This document shows positions 36,253-47,400 of a stretch of DNA of 64,000 nucleotides, piece by piece. Each line of letters opens with the position of its first letter. Position 1 is the stretch's first letter. The stretch is from Chrysemys picta bellii (taxonomy: Eukaryota). Made by a program: the position numbers and the translations under genes. The notes beneath the pieces were generated by a model. That model made no database searches. It had not been told where the DNA came from and saw nothing but the letters and a program-made list of their open reading frames with translations. The stretch covers positions 17,670,001-17,734,000 of the forward strand of contig NC_088803.1 of assembly GCF_011386835.1 (NCBI RefSeq), read 5' to 3'.

Positions 36253-37668
36253 TAGGGCTACCATATCCAGCAAATAAAAAAAGAGGACCCTCCACGGGCC
36301 CTGGCCCTGCCCATTTCCCACCACAGCCCCGCCCCAACTCCACCCCCTCCCCACCCTAACTCCGCCCCCTCCTCCCTCCCACTCCCAGCCACGAGGAAAG
36401 GGCTGCCCCAGCGCTACCGGCTTCACGGTTTGCCGGGCAGCCCCCAGACCCTACGCCCCCGGCCGGCGCTTTCCCAGTGCAGCTGGAGCCCGGGAGGGGA
36501 AGCGCCCAGCCGGGGGCGCAGGGTCTGGAGGTTGCCCGGCAAACCGTGAAGCCGGTAGCGCTTGGGCTTCAGGCAGCTCCCTTGCCTCCGGACCCTGCGC
36601 CCCCAGCCGGGCACTTTCCCTCCCGGGCTCCGGCAGCGCAGGGTCCGGAGGCATGGGGGCTGCCCGAAGCCGGTAGCGCTCGGGCAGCTCGGCTCTTAAA
36701 CAGAGCCGAAGAGTCAGGGGAGGAGCAGAGCCTCCAGCCGCCGGGGCTCTGTGTAACTGACACAGTGTCAGTTACACAGAGCCGCAGCCGCTGGAGGCTC
36801 TGTTTAAGAGCCGGGTTGCCCGAGAGCTACTGGCTTCGGGCAGCCCCCTTGCCTCCGGACCCTGCGCCCCCAGCCGGGCACTTCCCCTCCCGGGCTCCGG
36901 CGGCGAAGGGTCCGGAGGCACGGGGGCTGCCCGAAGCCGGTAGCGCTGGGGCAGCCCGGCTCTTAAACAGAGCCTAAGAGGAGCAGAGCCTCCAGCTGCG
37001 GGGGCTCTGCTCCTCTTCGGCTCTGTGTAACTTATACAGTGTAAGTTACGCAGAGCCGCCGGCGCCCCGGAGGGGAAGTGCCCGGCTGGGGGCGCAGGGT
37101 CCGGAGGCATAGGGGCTGCCCAAAGCCCGAGCGCTACCGGCTTCACAGTTTGTTGGGCAGCCTCCAGACCCTGCGCCCCCGGCTGGGCGCTTCCCCTCCC
37201 GGGCTCCAGCTGCGCTGGGGAAGCGCCGTCTGGGGGCGCAGGGTCTGGGGGCTGCCCGGGAAACCGTGAAGCTGGTAGCACTGGGGCAGCCCTTTCCCCC
37301 TGGCTGGGAGTGGGAGGGAGGAGGGGGCGGAGTTAGGGTGGGGAAGGGGTGGAGTTGGGGCGGGGCTAGGGGTGGGGAAATGGGCGGGGCCAGGGCCCGT
37401 GGAGGGTCCTCTTTTTTTATTTATGAGATATGGTAACCCTACCGGGAGGGGAAGTGCCCGCCGGCGGCTGGGGTCCGGAGGCAAGGGGTCTGCCCGAAGC
37501 TGGTAGCGCTCGAGCAGCTCGGCTCTTAAACAGAGCCGAAGAGTCAGGGGAGGAGCAGAGCCGCCATTTTCCCGGACATGTTTGGCTTTTTGCAAATTCC
37601 CCCCAGATGGGGGTTTGAGTGCCAAAAGCCGGACATGTCTGGGAAAAAGAGGACGTATGGTAACCCTA
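36253..37668. mobile_element. hAT-type non-autonomous element(s), probably nested or rearranged
   Basis: tagggctaccata at 36253; tatggtaacccta ending at 37441 and 37668. Internal repeated ccggagg/ctcttaaacagagcc motifs. No matching TSD found. Confidence 0.55.
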
Positions 37669-38360
37669 TACAGTGTAGTTGCTGAGGGGGGGTTACGGTG
37701 TGTGTGTGTGTGTAGTTGCTGAGGGGGGATGGGTTGCGGTGTGTGTGTTTAGTTCCTGTCTGTGTTGTGTGTGTGTGTGTGTGTAGTTCCTGTCTGCTGT
37801 GTGTGTGTGTAGTTGCTGGGGGGGGTTGTGCTCTGTGTGTAGTTGCTATATCTGTGTGTCTGCATTTGCTGTGGGGCGTGTAGGCTTGACGCACACCCTC
37901 ACCCTGTCCTTCTCCCCCTTCCAGTCCCAGAGTTCCTGCCCCGCAGCCTCTCCCCATCCCCCAGCCCTGTCCCTTACCTGCTGGGGCCCGCTGAGAGGTG
38001 GGCTGTGGGACGACCCTTCCCGAGGCCTGGAGACGGGGTAGCCACAGGGGAGCATTGGCCCCAATCCCAGGGGTTAATTATAGCCGGGTCTGGGCAGGCC
38101 GGGCTCCCTGCCAGCCCTCCGCGTGTCCTGGGCCCCATACTGCCCTCCTCTTGGACTGCAGCCCTGCGGCCAGGAGCTTCTGGCCAGGAGCCCTAAGCCT
38201 GGAGGCCCCTGGCTGTGGGGAGTGGGTGGGATTTCTGGGGGCAGGGAGGGATGTCCTAGCCTTTTTATTGCCCCCCTCCCCAGGTGGGGATTCGCCAGTA
38301 GGGAAGGACAGAAGTTCGCAGACACTGGTGTCTAGGAGTCCAAAGCACAGGGGCTTCAGG

Positions 38361-38660
38361 GGGTAGATGGGGAGTGGGGTCTAGTGGTTAGAGCAGGAGG
38401 ACTGGGAGCCAGGACTCCTGGGTTCTGTCTCTGGAGGGGAGTGGGGCCTAGTGGTTAGAGTGGGCAGCTGGGAGCCAGGATTCCTGGGTTTTGTCTCTGG
38501 GAGGGGAGTGTGGCCTAGTGGTTAAAGCGAGGGGCTGGGAGCCAGGATTCCTGGGTTCTGTCTCTGGAGGGGAATGGGGCCTAGTCATTAGAGCCGGAGA
38601 CTGGGAGCCAGGATTCCTGGGTTTTGTCTCTGGGAGGAGAGTGGGGTCTAGTGGTTAGAC
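38361..38660 (+). repeat. Tandem array of ~4 tRNA/SINE-head-like units (also at 7541-7760, 30221-30385 and 41101-41305)
   Basis: Repeats of ggggagtggggtctagtggttagagc...ctgggagccaggactcctgggttctgtctctgg. Confidence 0.85.
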
Positions 38661-39809
38661 CCCCATTGGAGCATGATCCCCCCCACCCCCATGGGGGCTG
38701 GGCAGCGCCAGGGGATAAAGGCGCTTTTCCCAGCTGGGGTCGGAAAAGTTTGTTCAAATTAGTTTTTCCATCAGAGTGTAAAGAGCCGGAATAGAACAAA
38801 GGGGGGCGGGGAGGGGAGGAGTGGTGGGGGAGGGGGAGGGGGAGGGGGAGTTCAGAATGATAGACAGGTTGGAGTGGATGGAGGGGTGGATGTGGGAGGA
38901 CAGTTGTGTGGCGGGTGCGAGGTGAAATGGAGTGGGAGAGGGGGTACTGGATGGCTGGATGGGGTTTATGGGATGGGGAGATGGGATGTTTGGGTGGGGG
39001 GTGGGTGATGGGGTGGGTGGATGGGATGGCTGGGTGGGGGATGGGGTGTATGGGGTGGAGGGTACAGGATGGGTGGGGGATGAGCTGGCTGGGTGGGGTG
39101 ATGGGATTTGTGGGTAGGGTGCTCCTAAATTCTTGCCCCACCTGCTGTCTCTGCTGGGGTTCCCCACCCTCCTGCGATCCCCTGGGACTAGTTTCCATCT
39201 GAGCGCCTAGAGGCATTTTGGGGAGGGGGTAAGAATATTTGCTGGACACAAACCTACCTCATTGTCAAAGGTGCCTGTGGGGCTTGCGCCATGGGTCTGT
39301 ACAGGCCTGGCACTCTGCTTGGCCTGCCCGCAGAGCAGCGTGTACCGAGGAGAATCCCCCTCGGCAGTATGGGGCAAGGACAAACACACACCCCAAGCAG
39401 GGCCCGTCCCCTCCATCAGGGGTGCACGGACACACAAGCCCTGCTCGGGGTGAATTTGTGCTGCCCCACACACCACCCCCTACCCATCCCCCCACGGCTC
39501 CTATCCCCCACACAGCTCCCTCCCGGTGGCGATTCCCCTGGGCCTCCAGCCCAGCCCTAACTGCCCCCCACCATGCACGGGGGCGGGGGTGTCCTCTGGC
39601 CCCCTGCCCTGTCCCGTGCCCCTGCCCCAAGCAGAGCTGGGCGGAGTGGGCCCCAGTGGAAAGAACGCGGGACTGATAAGCAGAGCGAACAGGGGGGCCG
39701 GGGCTGATGGAAAGTCTCCATGTTTGAAGAGGGTGTGAGGGGGGGATTAGGGGCAGGGCGGTGGGGCCGGCCGGGGGCTGCCTGGGCCGGTTCTGGAGGG
39801 CCCGGCCTG

Positions 39810-40954
39810 TAGGGTTACCATTCGTCCGGATTTACCCGGACATGTCCTCCTTTTTGTTTTAAAAATAGCGTCCGGGGGGGGGGAAATTTGTAAATCACTC
39901 AAAATGTCCGGGATTCCCCCCCAGGCAGAACGAGGTGCGGCTGGGAGGACTGCAGGAAAGTCAGCCTCTCACCTGGGGCTCTGGCAGCCAGAGCCCTTCC
40001 CCCTGCAGCTTGCAGGGCTAGATTCCGGAGCAGCTGTAGAGCTCCTCCTTCCCCCCCCCCCGCCCCCGCATTCTGAGCCGGCCAGCCTGCCGGGCCCTTT
40101 GCATCGGCCTCGGCAGCCCCTCCTCCCCGGCAGCCCAGCGCCCCGCTCCCGCAGCACTGTGCAGGGGCAGGGACCGGGTTGTGTGTTGTGCTGGGGAGCA
40201 CAGCCACGTGTCCGGCTCCGCACAGAGCCCAACACCATGTTCTGAGCGGCGGGGTAAGGGGGCCAGGGGGCAGGAGAAGGGGCAGGGAGGTTCTGGAGGG
40301 GGCAGTCAAGAGACGGGGGGGTCGGGAGTTCGGGGGGGGGCTTTTTGGGGGGAGTGGAGAAGGTTTTGGGCAGTCAGGGTACAGGTAGGGGGTAGGGTCC
40401 TGGGGGGCAGTTCGGGGGGGGGTCTTAGGAGGGGGCAGTTAGGGGACAAGGAACAGGGAGGCTTAGGTAGGGGGTGGGGTTCTGGAGGGCAGTTAGGAGC
40501 AGGGGTCCCAGGAGGGGACAGTCAGGGGACAAGGAGCGGGGGGGTGGGGGGTTGGGAGTTCTGGGGGGGAGCTGTCAGGGGGCAGGGGTGGGGAGAGGGA
40601 TCGGAGCAGTCAGGGGACAGGGAGCAGAGGGGTTTAGATGGGTTGGGAGTTCTGGGGGGGGGAGCTGTCAGGGGGTGGAGAGTGGTTGGATGGGGCGTGG
40701 GAGTCCCAGGGGTCTGTGTGGGGTTGTGGGGGTGTGGATAAGGGTTGGGGCAGTCAGGGGACAAGAGGCAGGGAGGCTTAGGTAGGGGGGTGGAGTCCTG
40801 GGGGGTAGTTAGGGGCAGGGGTCCCAGGAGGGGGCAGTCAGGGGACAAGGAACGGGGGGGAGGGTTGGGGGTTCTGAGGGGGTCGGGAAGTGGGAGGGGC
40901 TAGGGTGGGGCTCCTCCCATCCTCTTTTTTGCTTGCTGAAATATGGTAACCCTA
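39810..40954. mobile_element. hAT-type non-autonomous DNA transposon
   Basis: TIRs tagggttacca...tggtaacccta. Flanks ccggcctg and ctggcctg (7/8). Confidence 0.82.
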
Positions 40955-41330
40955 CTGGCCTGGCCTCTCAGCCTGGGCCCTTTATAAGGCAAGGAGGGGC
41001 TGGGGAGAGGGGCACAGGATTGAACTCAGGGCCAGCGGAAAGGTAGCAGGTACTGGGGGGCGGGAGGGCGGGATTTTCTGTCCATCTGCATCTTCTGCCA
41101 CCCTGAGGAAAGGGAACCCAGGAGTTCTGGCTCCCAGCTCCCCAGGCCTGGGAGGGGAGTGGGGTCTAGTGGTTAGAACGAGGTGGTGATGTGGGACTGG
41201 GAGGCAAGACTCCTGGGTTCTCTCCTAGCTCTGGGAGGGGAGTGGGGTCTAGTGCTTAGAGCAGGGGGAGGGGCTGGGAGCCAGGACTCCTGGGTTCTAT
41301 CCCCAGTTTCACAATCTCTAAAATGGAAAG

Positions 41331-41334
<4 letters not shown>

Positions 41335-41415
<81 letters not shown>
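41335..41415 (+). repeat. Compound (GA)n(GT)n microsatellite
   Basis: Directly visible. Confidence 0.97.
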
Positions 41416-41420
<5 letters not shown>

Positions 41421-41537
41421 GCTACCTCCTGCTGGCAGGGACAGGCCCTGCTCAGTGAGTGGGGTGGGGTGAGTTTAACCCTTTCCTGCCCAGAGTACTG
41501 GATTCCCCCCTCACCCCCAGGTGGACCTGGCACCCCC

Positions 41538-41811
41538 ATGGACTCCCCGGTCTACAAGACGGTTCTGGCCTTGGGCCGGTTCAAGGTGCGGAAGCTCCAG
41601 AGGGGCCCTGCCCTGGACAAAGGCAAGGAGGGGGCAAGCCCCCTGCCGTGCCCCCCGTCCCCATCCATGGAGGGCTCTGGCCAGGCAGATGAGGGGGGGC
41701 TCCCTCTCGGCTCCCCCAGACTACGTGACCACAATGGACGTCAGTCCCTGCTACGAGTTCCCTGGGCGGGCCCGCAAGAGTCGCCCCTCGCTGGAGGTGC
41801 TGCGCAACGTG
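41538..41811 (+). other. Two exon-like segments (41538-41622 and 41720-41811) of an unidentified gene, joined by a putative GC-AG intron
   Basis: Acceptor at 41520, ATG at 41538, aag|gcaagg donor, phase-compatible ctcccccag| acceptor, and gtg|gtgagc donor. The joined peptide is MDSPVYKTVLALGRFKVRKLQRGPALDKDYVTTMDVSPCYEFPGRARKSRPSLEVLRNV, with coding-like GC3-rich codons. Confidence 0.4.
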
Positions 41812-41829
41812 GTGAGCACTGGGGGCACT

Positions 41830-42700
41830 GTGTGGAGTGGGGAGAGGGGAAGCCCAGCCAGGGGTGCTGTGCTGCAGGGAGTGGGGGCGGGGCTCGGCAG
41901 GGGGCGCCATGCTGCAGGGAGCTCGGAAGGGAGCGCTGTGCTGCAGGGAGCAGGGGGCTCGGCAGGAAGCATTGTGCTGCAGGGAGCGGGGGGCTCAGCA
42001 GGGGGTGCTGTGCTGCAGGGAGTGGGGGCTTGGCAGGGGGCGCTGTGCTGCAGGGAGTGGGGGGCTCGGCAGGGGGCATTGTGCTGCAGGGGACTCGGCA
42101 GGGAGCATTGTGCTGCAGGGAGCAGGGGGCTCGGCAGGGGGCGCTGTGCTGCAGGGGACTCGGCAGGGAGCATTGTGCTGCAGGGAGCGGGGGCTCGGCA
42201 GGGGGCGCTGTGCTGCAGGGAGCGGGGGGCTCGGCAGGGGGCGCTGTGCTGCAGGGCGCGCTGGGCTGCAGGGAGCGGGGGGCTCGGCAGGGGGCGCTGT
42301 GCTGCAGGGAGCAGGGGGCTTGGCAAGGAGCACTGCTGCAGTGAGCAGGGGACATTGTGCTGCAGGGAGCGGGGGCTCGGCAGGGAGCATTGTGCTGCAG
42401 GGAGCAGGGAGCTCGGCAGGGGGCGCTGTGCTGCAGGGAGCAGGGGGCTCGGCAGAGGGCATTGTGCTGCAGGGAGCAGGCAGCTCGGCAGGGAGCATTG
42501 TGCTGCAGGGAGCGGGGGGCTCGGCAGGGGGCGCTGTGCTGCAGGGAGCAGGGAGCTCGGCAGGGGGCGCTGTGCTGTATGGAGTGGGGGCTCGGCAGGG
42601 GGCGCCGTGCTGCAGGGAGCTCGACACAGGGCTCTGTGCGGCAGGGAGCTCTGGGCTGCAGGGAGTGGGGGCTCAGCATGGGTCATTGTGCTGCAGGGTG
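41830..42700 (+). repeat. ~36-bp GC-rich minisatellite
   Basis: Units gtgctgcagggag(c/t)gggggctcggcagggggcgct. These account for the multi-frame ORFs at 41373-42833. Confidence 0.96.
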
Positions 42701-42709
42701 TGGGGGGCT

Positions 42710-42845
42710 TAGGGTGACCAGACAGCAAGTGTGAAAAATCGGGACAGGTGGTGTGTGTGTGGGGGGGGGGTAATAGAAACCTATATAAGAAAAAGACCCA
42801 AAAATCGGGACTGTCCCTATAAAATCGGGACATCTGGTCACCCTA
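42710..42845. mobile_element. hAT-type MITE, 136 bp, perfect 8-bp TSD GGGGGGCT
   Basis: TIRs tagggtgacca...tggtcacccta. GGGGGGCT at 42702-42709 and 42846-42853. Confidence 0.9.
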
Positions 42846-43599
42846 GGGGGGCTCCGGGCTGCAGGGAGCAGGGGGTGCCGTGCTGCAGGGTGCGGGGGCT
42901 CAGCAGGGGGTGCCGTATTGCTGGGAGGAGGGGGGCCGGCAGGGGGTGCCGGGAACAGGAGCACGGCTTGGAAGGGGGCGCCGTGCACACCAGACCTGCC
43001 TGACACTTTGATTCAGGGTTCAGTTTTCTAAAGTCAACCCTAATTTCAGCTGCCTGTGATTTTTGGACTCAACTTTAGATTACATGGACATGGCTATAAA
43101 ACAAGCTGAGTACCCCATCATGGAAGATAAAAAGTCAATGAGAGCTGAGTGTGCTTTTCCTCCCTTAAAAATATAACAAGACTTAGGTTCTCAAAGCTGC
43201 CCCAGGGATCTTGGTACCTCATGGGGGCAAAAATAGGAGCTCTGTCTATCTCTCCCACTTTGTTCCCACTCAAATTTACAGGCTGCAATTTTCAAAGCGA
43301 ACCAAGGGAGTTGGACCCACACAATTCCTGTTGAATAGAATGGGAGAATTGCCTAGCACTTTAGGGACCCACTCTTGACTGGCTCTTAGGCACTTCTGAA
43401 ATAAACATGTTAACTACAAATATGGGAGGCTTTGAAAATCCTGGCCAAGGTGACTACAACTGTTCATCCTAAAATTAAGGCCCCCCACAAAAAAAATAAA
43501 TTAAATGATCAGAATGTATTTTTGAAAAGTTTGTGCTTATTGGGCTAGATCAGGGGTAATCAATTATTCTTTGTCAAGGTCCAAGTTTCTTGACAAGAG

Positions 43600-44210
43600 T
43601 ATAGTCAAGGTCCAGAGTCCAGAGAAAAGAATACAAAAATAATAACAATAATAAGAATTATAATAACTAAACACCCCAAAAGTCTCTGTCCCTGGTCAGT
43701 GCAGCCCCAGAGTTCAAAAGTTTATCTGCAGAGTCTTACCCCCCCTTCCCCCAGCCTGGGTGGAAATGGGGGGGGGGGAAGAGAAAGGGGAACACGGGGT
43801 ATCAAGGGGAATCTTACATGGTCCAAGGCCAACTGCCCTGCCGCTTCATGGGGTTCTGCTGCAGCCTTCACCGTGAGCCGCTCCTCCAGCTGTCCCGCAA
43901 AGTGCTCCGCTCGCCATCCCGTGGGCCGCACCAACCGTCCCACAAACTGCTCTGCCAGCCACTTAGCAATAAATCTTCAGGCTCCCCCACTAGTTAACAC
44001 ACCACTCAGTGATCTCAGCTCACAATAGGGGGAGCCCCAGTGCTGGTGCACCATTGGCTCAAAGTGAATTCAGTATAGCAGCCTGTAACTAGACTCTTAA
44101 TAGAATCAAAATTAACTCTGCTATTTAACAGTGGAGAGAGGAAGTGGTGCAACTAGTATTCCTGGCCCTGAAAAGGGGCCCATACCATCATGTACAAATA
44201 CCTGTCCCCC
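43600..44210. mobile_element. Probable interspersed-repeat (LTR-like) insert at the 3' truncation of the PARP14-like copy
   Basis: Abrupt AT-richer segment with no coding signal. Ends and TSD were not resolved. Confidence 0.3.
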
Positions 44211-44462
44211 AGACTGGCTGGTGCTGGGGGGTGAGGAGTGGGATAAGGGGTCTTTCCCCTCTAGGGGGCTCTGGGTCCCATCTGGCCCCAGGGCAGGGAC
44301 TGCCTGGCTCAGAGGGGTGGGGAATGGGACATGGGGCCTGTCCCGTCTAGGGGGCCCTGGTTCCCATCCGGGCCCAGGGCAGGACTGGGTGGCCCAGGGG
44401 GCGGGGATGGCATACAGTCCTGGTGCCCCAAGCCCCGGGGACCCCCGGGGGCCCAGCCCCAC

Positions 44463-47400
44463 TCTTGCGGCAGGTGTTCCTGAGGCCGATCTCCTGGATG
44501 GAGCGCCAGTTCTCGGGCCGCGTGCCGTGGTAGAGGAGACGCTCGTTGAGCTCGCCCGGCGGGTTCTTTTCCTCCATCCAGCAGCGCTGCCAGCAGTAGG
44601 AGACCCACAGGACCCGGTTCTGGACCTTCTGGATCTGCAGGGGGCAGGGCAGGGACCGTGGGCATGGCCAGGAGCTGCTAAGGGCACCCCCATGTGGGGT
44701 GGGGGGGCACCCAGCCTTTCAGGTTCTTCCCATCCCATCTTGGCCAGAGCTTCAGTCCCAGGTCCCCAATCCCCTGCAGCTCTGTCAGGGGACACCCCCC
44801 AGTGGCCACGGACATCTGGCCTTCCTGCCCCATGGACAGCCCTACAAGGACCTCCTTCTTCCCTGCAGGCAGGGCCAGGGAAGCTCCCCGTCACTGAGCC
44901 CCACCCGCAGCTGGGGCTAGGAGAGATTCCCTCCTCCCCCTGACTGGGCTTTGGGACCCACAGGGGGTGTCTCTCAGCCCCAGCCCCAGAGCCCCCCAGC
45001 CTCTCACACTCACGTGGAGGATGCAGTAGCCCGGGGCCGTCTGCTTGAACCCCTTGGCCACCTCCTGGTACTCCTCTGAGCCCTCCGCCAGCTCCACCAG
45101 CCTCACCAGGCTCTCACCCATGGGCTCCCAGTGTGGGGCAAGGCACCTGTCTGCAACGAGAGATGGGGTCAGTCAGTGGGGAGCCGCCACAGGCCCAGTC
45201 CCTGCCCTAAGGCTGGATGGGAGCTGGCGCCCCTGTGAGAGGAAAGGCCCCGTGCCCCATTCCCTGCCCCCGTCCCAGTCCCCCGAGGTTGGATGGCAGC
45301 TGGCACCCCCTGGAGAGGAAAGGTGCCATTGCCCATTCCCTGCCCCCAAGGCAGTCAGTCCCACACTGGTGCCCTCCTGTCCAGCAGTGGGGCAGCGGTG
45401 GGGGGGTCTTTGGAAGGGGGTCGGTTCCTCTCACCCCACAGGCAAATCTCCCGGCGGAGGCGGATGGGGGCCCCAGTGCCCGGCGCAACACCCACTGCCT
45501 TGAGAAGGTCGATCTCTGCCCGCTGCCCGTCCCACTCGATCTCCGCCCGGCGCTCCCCGCTGGCGTACGCCGTCTCCAGCCACTGGTTGGTGGCCACATT
45601 GAAGGGATGCCAGCCGGCCAGGGCCAGGTGCTGCCACTTGACCAGCCCATACAGCACCTCGGCCTCCACCCGCTGGTGCTGAGCAGCCTGGATCCTGGTG
45701 TGGACAGCAGCCACGGCCTTGGCCACATCCTCCCAGGCGCCCCGCACCCGCAGCACATTGCCCAGTAGGCGCCGGAGGCTGACAGGGAAATGGTACAGCA
45801 AGGCCTGGCCGAGCTCCCGCAGGGCCTGGGCGCCAACGGCCACCAGCTCCGCATTGCAGACGCTTTCATCGTGGAACTGGGCCACGAAGCCAGCCACGGC
45901 TGCCTTCACCCGTCCCATGTCAGGCTCTCGGCCCACCATGCGGAGCTCCAGCCCCTTGGGGGCCCCTGGGAATGCAGAGAGGGGTCCTGAATAGATGGGT
46001 CAGCACCAGTGGGGCTCGGTTAGCAGGGGCAGTGGGTCAGAAGCAAGGGGTACTGGCAGAGCTGGAGGGGGCCCAGGGCTAGGGTAGCAGGGGGCTATGG
46101 ACTGGGAGTGCGGCCCAGCCCTCCAGGTCCTTGCATTGCTCTTACCTGCCTGCACCTTTGGGGGCTTCCTTGGGGCATTGGGAGCCTCCAGAGCTGCACC
46201 CTGCAGAGGAGGACAGAGCTGGGTGAAGAGGGCACAGGGAACACTGCCAACTCCATGCAGCCCATGGCCGTGCTGCTCCCCCGAACCCCCGTGCCCGGCC
46301 TCAGGTGCCCTGTCCTGCCCAGGGGACCCAGACACCTGGCCGGGGGGATGGGCCACTCACCAGGTTCGCAGACCCAGAAACTGAGGCACAAAGAGGGGGA
46401 GGGAGGCAGGAAGTCAGGGGCAAAGCAGAGAATAGAACCCAGGAACCCCCACACACCGCCCCAGCTCCCGCTCTAACCACTAGACCCCACTCCCCTCCCA
46501 GAGCCAGCAGAAAACCCAGGAGTCCTAGCACCCAGCCCCCCTGCTCCACCCACTGGATCCCACTGCCCTCTCAGACCTGAGACGGACCCACTGCCCTCTC
46601 AGCCCAGACCGCCCCTCCCCAGTTCTTGTAGTGCCAGCTCCCATGTCTCTGACTCTGACAAACCCGGCGACCCTGGGCGACCTGCCCGCCCTCAGGCTGC
46701 CACCCACAGCTCTCACCTGCCCACAGGTGCTGGAGGGGCCATTTGTAGGGGGGTCTCCTCGCAGGCTCACCACGCAGCAGAGCTGCTGAGCCAGGTCCTG
46801 CAGGAGGGTCGCCCCCTCCCCACAGAGGTACTCGCCCAAGGCTCGGCCCCTGATGGGCACCGTGCCCAACACCAGGGAGTCCAGGTCAGCCTTGATGGCC
46901 CTTCTGGCCAGCCGCAGGTGACGCAGGAGGCCCCGCAGCCCCAGGGACAGCACCCGAGTGTTGGGGTGCAGCTGAACGGTGACCTGGAGGTGCTCCCAGT
47001 TCATCAAGCGCAGCAGCTTTGCCCCAGCTTCTGCCAGCTCTGGCGGGGGGACGTCCAGCCGCTCCTCGGCTGGTGAGTTATTCTGCAGATACTCCCGGAC
47101 AGCCGCCTCCGCCTCGGCCACGTAGGGCTGGAAGCCCACCACCACCAGCTGCTCCCGGCTCGCGGCACAATGCAGGGCCACGTCCCACTGGGCGCCCAGC
47201 CCAGCCAGCAGCTCGCCCCACTCCTGACCCTGTGTGGCCCAGTGCAACCCCTCCTCGATTGGCACCGTCTGGCAGCCCACCAGGCCACCCAGCAGCTCCG
47301 CCGCATGCTGCACCTTCTCCTGCTCCACCCCAGCCACCGTGACGCCCTCAGAGGGCGCCAGCCCAGCATGGAGGTCCCAGGCCAGCTCAGTCCCTGAGTC

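Noticed and set aside
41538-41811. Possible CCNB1IP1 (HEI10), OARD1 or VWA5A identity for the unidentified exons
   Set aside because: Only scattered residue matches. CCNB1IP1 is highly conserved and its RING motif is absent, so no gene symbol was assigned.
41373-42833. Several 210-398-aa ORFs on both strands
   Set aside because: They are products of the stop-poor 36-bp minisatellite, open in many frames with repetitive translations.
46351-46370. 20-nt micro-exon candidate with good acceptor and donor in the macro-PARP
   Set aside because: Including it breaks the frame. The 55-nt exon alone (46200-46146) joins the flanking exons in phase.
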